Origin: Ancylobacter moscoviensis
Lineage (GTDB): Bacteria > Pseudomonadota > Alphaproteobacteria > Rhizobiales > Xanthobacteraceae
Length of the DNA: 32,000 bases
Assembly (NCBI RefSeq): GCF_007559435.1
Contig: NZ_VMBP01000001.1
Coordinates: forward strand, 465,406 to 497,405
Direction of reading: 5' to 3'
Shown: one piece after another, positions 29,779 through 32,000 of the stretch
Layout of the letters: every line of letters begins with the position of its first letter
Numbering within the stretch: the first letter of the stretch is position 1
Position numbers and translations under genes: made by a program
The notes under the pieces: generated by a model
Databases searched by the model: none
The model's input: only the letters and a program-made list of their open reading frames with translations
What the model was told of the DNA's origin: nothing

Positions 29779-31815
29779 TCAGGCGCCGGGATTGCGATAG
29801 AGGCCGCGCCAGTCGATCGCCTTCGCGCCAAAGTCGAGACGGCACTTGATCTCGACGCCGTCGACATCGAAGCCGTTACGGGTCTCGATATAGGCGCCCT
29901 GCTGACCTTCGAGATAGGCGTATTCGATCGTGTCGATCTGCGCCGGGTTTGCGGCGAGATACCAAGCGGTGGCGCTCGCTGCGTCGAGCCGAGGCTCGGC
30001 AATAGGGGTGAGCGTCCGGATGGATTGCGGCACGACATCGCCGGTCTTCGCCGGGACGAGGTTTTGCGCGATGATCTGCTCGGCGGTGAGTTCGAGCGCG
30101 GCCGGCACCAGCACATAAGCCGGGCGCACGTTGAGAACGGTCTTCTTGTCGAGGCCGGTCTGCTTGGCCATGGCCGTCCGACCGTCCCCAATGGCGGCAA
30201 CGCTGAGCGCTGAGGCCGGGGAAGCGAGGTTCTTATGGGTCGCGTGGAAGAGCGCGACACCATCCGCCATGTTGGCGTTTGCGGTAACGATGCCCCACAC
30301 GACGTCGCTTTCGAGCGTTGCGATCGCCGTGCCGTACATGGCGGGGATGCGGGTGAAGGCGTCGAGATCGTCGTTGATGAGGACCTGGCGGGTGATGGCG
30401 ACGACACGGCCATAAGTTTCGATGCGATAGCTCTCCTTCGACTCCGCAATGGTGCCGCGCTTGAATTCGCCACCTTCATCGACCTTCAACAGCTGGGGCG
30501 CTTCACCGATCTGGACGCGGTTCATCGCCTTGAAGTCGGTGGCGAGGACCTGCCGGCAGAAGGGCATGAACGTGCGCGGATAGACCTCGTAGGCCTGGCG
30601 CAACGTCTTGTTGGTTACTGCCGAGAGGATCTCGGGAAAGTCCGAGGCCGAATGCAGCGCGCGCGTTGCGATCTCGTCCCGCGAGAGACCGCGCACATTG
30701 ACGCCAGCCGAACTCAGCTGCTCGCGGGCGAGTTCGAGCAGCGTCATGCCGCGATATTCCCGCGCCGGATCCGTCAAAGGGAAGAGCGTCGGGGCATAGC
30801 GGTGGAGGAGCGCGTTGGCGACCGCTTCGCGGCGGGTCACCCGCTCGTCGCGGCCACCGAGCGGCACGCTAACCTGAGAGGCCACGCGCACCTTGTCTGC
30901 TTCCGCTGCCACCTTGTCGAGAATGGCGGTGCGTGCTGCATCGATGGCGACGCCGCGTTTCACCAGATCCTCGGCGAAGCCTCGATCGAGCGAGAGCCGC
31001 CCGGCAAGGTCGTAGATGGTGGCGACACGTTCACGCTCGGTGTCCCGTGCGCGCGTGGCGATCGCCTCCGTATCCGGCGCAGGCGTGGTCCTGTCCAGGA
31101 TGCGGGCGGTTTCGGCGCCACCGCTCTCGGCGGTCGCAGTATCGGTGGTTTCAATCTCGTCCATGGGGACAGGCTCCTTGCGTTGAAGGGTGGAGGCGCG
31201 GATGGGTGTTGATGGGGACGGCGCCGGCTCTGTGCGGGCATTGGCGACATCGGCCCGCGCGATCACGCAGGGGATCAGCGGCGTTCCGTCCGTGGTGTCG
31301 TGCAAGCGGAAGCCTGCTGCCGGATCGGCGCCGATCGGCACGGCGGAGATCTCGAACGGTGTCCAGTCGACAGCACGCCAAAGCTCCGGGGCTCCGGCCT
31401 GCTTGGTAACCTCGAAGCGATGGACCTGATAGCCAATCGAGACCGCTCGGATGTGCCCGGCCTCGACGTCCCGCCATACGGCCTCGGCGTCCTCGCGCTC
31501 TGAAAACCGCACGCGGGCAAGGCCGCGGCCGTTCTCGATCCTGGCGCTGCCGGGCACGACCGAACCGATCACGCTGTCGAGCGCCGAAGCGTCATGCACC
31601 TTCAGAAGAGGCGCACCGCCATTGAGGCGATCGAGCCGAACCGATTGCGGGTCCATGGCGAGTTCTTCGTCGAAGGGATCGCTGAAGAACGGATGCCGGC
31701 GGACGCGCGCGCCGGTCGACCAGATGACTTCGATGGTGCGCGCCTCCCGGTCGATAGAGGACGGCAAGAGGTCCGCCGCCCGCATGAGCGGCGGCAGGTC
31801 GATGTGACGGTTCAT
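29779..31815 (-). CDS. Prohead protease / major capsid protein fusion
   Basis: 678 aa. The N-terminal 170 aa or so resemble an HK97-type (U35) prohead protease (IEVIWSTGARV...LLKVHD...IGSVV...VEAGHIRAVSIGY). An acidic/Ala-rich scaffold-like linker follows. The C-terminal part of about 330 aa is capsid-like and ends GFDVDGVEIKCRLDFGAKAIDWRGLYRNPGA. Confidence 0.8.
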   Translation of the reverse strand: MNRHIDLPPLMRAADLLPSSIDREARTIEVIWSTGARVRRHPFFSDPFDEELAMDPQSVRLDRLNGGAPLLKVHDASALDSVIGSVVPGSARIENGRGLARVRFSEREDAEAVWRDVEAGHIRAVSIGYQVHRFEVTKQAGAPELWRAVDWTPFEISAVPIGADPAAGFRLHDTTDGTPLIPCVIARADVANARTEPAPSPSTPIRASTLQRKEPVPMDEIETTDTATAESGGAETARILDRTTPAPDTEAIATRARDTERERVATIYDLAGRLSLDRGFAEDLVKRGVAIDAARTAILDKVAAEADKVRVASQVSVPLGGRDERVTRREAVANALLHRYAPTLFPLTDPAREYRGMTLLELAREQLSSAGVNVRGLSRDEIATRALHSASDFPEILSAVTNKTLRQAYEVYPRTFMPFCRQVLATDFKAMNRVQIGEAPQLLKVDEGGEFKRGTIAESKESYRIETYGRVVAITRQVLINDDLDAFTRIPAMYGTAIATLESDVVWGIVTANANMADGVALFHATHKNLASPASALSVAAIGDGRTAMAKQTGLDKKTVLNVRPAYVLVPAALELTAEQIIAQNLVPAKTGDVVPQSIRTLTPIAEPRLDAASATAWYLAANPAQIDTIEYAYLEGQQGAYIETRNGFDVDGVEIKCRLDFGAKAIDWRGLYRNPGA

Positions 31816-31832
31816 GTCGATGTCCTTCGAAA

Positions 31833-32000
31833 TCAGGCGTCCGACGGGTCGGTCGATGCCGCCTGCATGACGCCGGTCTTGGTGACGCGGCGCGGATCGC
31901 TATCGAGTACGAGCCCGAGCGTGTCGATCTTGGCGTTCATCGCCGCGATCTCGGCGAGGACAGCATCAGGGTTGTGGCCCTGGCGGGCGATTGCTTGCGC
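31833..32000 (-). CDS. 3' end of an upstream late gene (portal protein expected by synteny); truncated by the window
   Basis: The open frame AQAIARQGHNPDAVLAEIAAMNAKIDTLGLVLDSDPRRVTKTGVMQAASTDPSDA ends at TGA 31833-31835, 17 nt before the capsid-fusion ATG. The portal identity is inferred from gene order only. Confidence 0.4.
   Translation of the reverse strand, partial: AQAIARQGHNPDAVLAEIAAMNAKIDTLGLVLDSDPRRVTKTGVMQAASTDPSDA

Larger units (their letters stand above)
8640..32000. mobile_element. Prophage (siphovirus-type, RcGTA-like tail tip), extending beyond the right edge. The left boundary is approximate. The left 4.7 kb could be a separate integrative islet.
   Basis: A serine recombinase, an accessory low-GC islet and a complete head-tail-lysis late module sit in one block. 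The composition drop begins around 8640-8720. Confidence 0.6.

Noticed and set aside
13407-32000. Interpretation of the structural cluster as a gene transfer agent (RcGTA-type) rather than a prophage
   Set aside because: The g12-g15-like tail tip is GTA-like. However, the block also has a 1131-aa tape measure, a protease-capsid fusion, DUF2190, a lysis cassette, morons and an adjacent serine recombinase, all of which fit a (possibly defective) temperate siphovirus better. The GTA reading cannot be fully excluded without the terminase and regulatory regions.
1-32000. CRISPR arrays or other long regular direct-repeat arrays
   Set aside because: No repeat-spacer periodicity was seen. The only regular repeats are coding ones: the collagen G-X-Y tract and the 72-aa tape-measure units.

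Overview
This is a high-GC chromosomal segment, alphaproteobacterial and Rhizobiales-like judging by codon bias and protein families. Positions 1 to about 8600 look like host DNA. They hold the 3' end of map, a secreted SLT-domain lytic transglycosylase, and a divergent sensor kinase / OmpR-type regulator pair. Next come about 1 kb of decayed spacer with an autotransporter beta-domain relic, and a signal-peptide / coiled-coil / beta-barrel protein ending in 37 uninterrupted collagen G-X-Y triplets. A DUF6065-like gene and some poorly resolved small ORFs complete this part. From about 8.6 kb to the window end is a siphovirus-type prophage, or a prophage abutted by a small integrative islet. It starts with a lower-GC islet carrying an HTH gene and a HEPN-motif gene. 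A translationally coupled operon follows, encoding a large serine recombinase and two divergent ParB/Srx-fold proteins. Convergent to that operon, on the minus strand, is a complete late module: portal end, prohead-protease/major-capsid fusion, DUF2190 protein, connector proteins and tail tube. It continues with a G/GT chaperone with an A7 slippery site, a 1131-aa tape measure, an RcGTA g12/g13/g14/g15-like tail tip, a DUF2793 fibre-like protein, a membrane protein, an endolysin and a holin-like protein. Four items stand out. (i) An opposite-strand, lower-GC orphan gene and a free-standing paralog of the g15 N-terminal domain are wedged between the g14-like and g15-like genes. (ii) The recombinase-ParB-ParB trio. 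(iii) The HTH/HEPN pair. (iv) The beta-barrel/collagen chimera. No CRISPR array, rRNA or tRNA gene was recognised. All family assignments come from motif recognition by eye, not from database searches.
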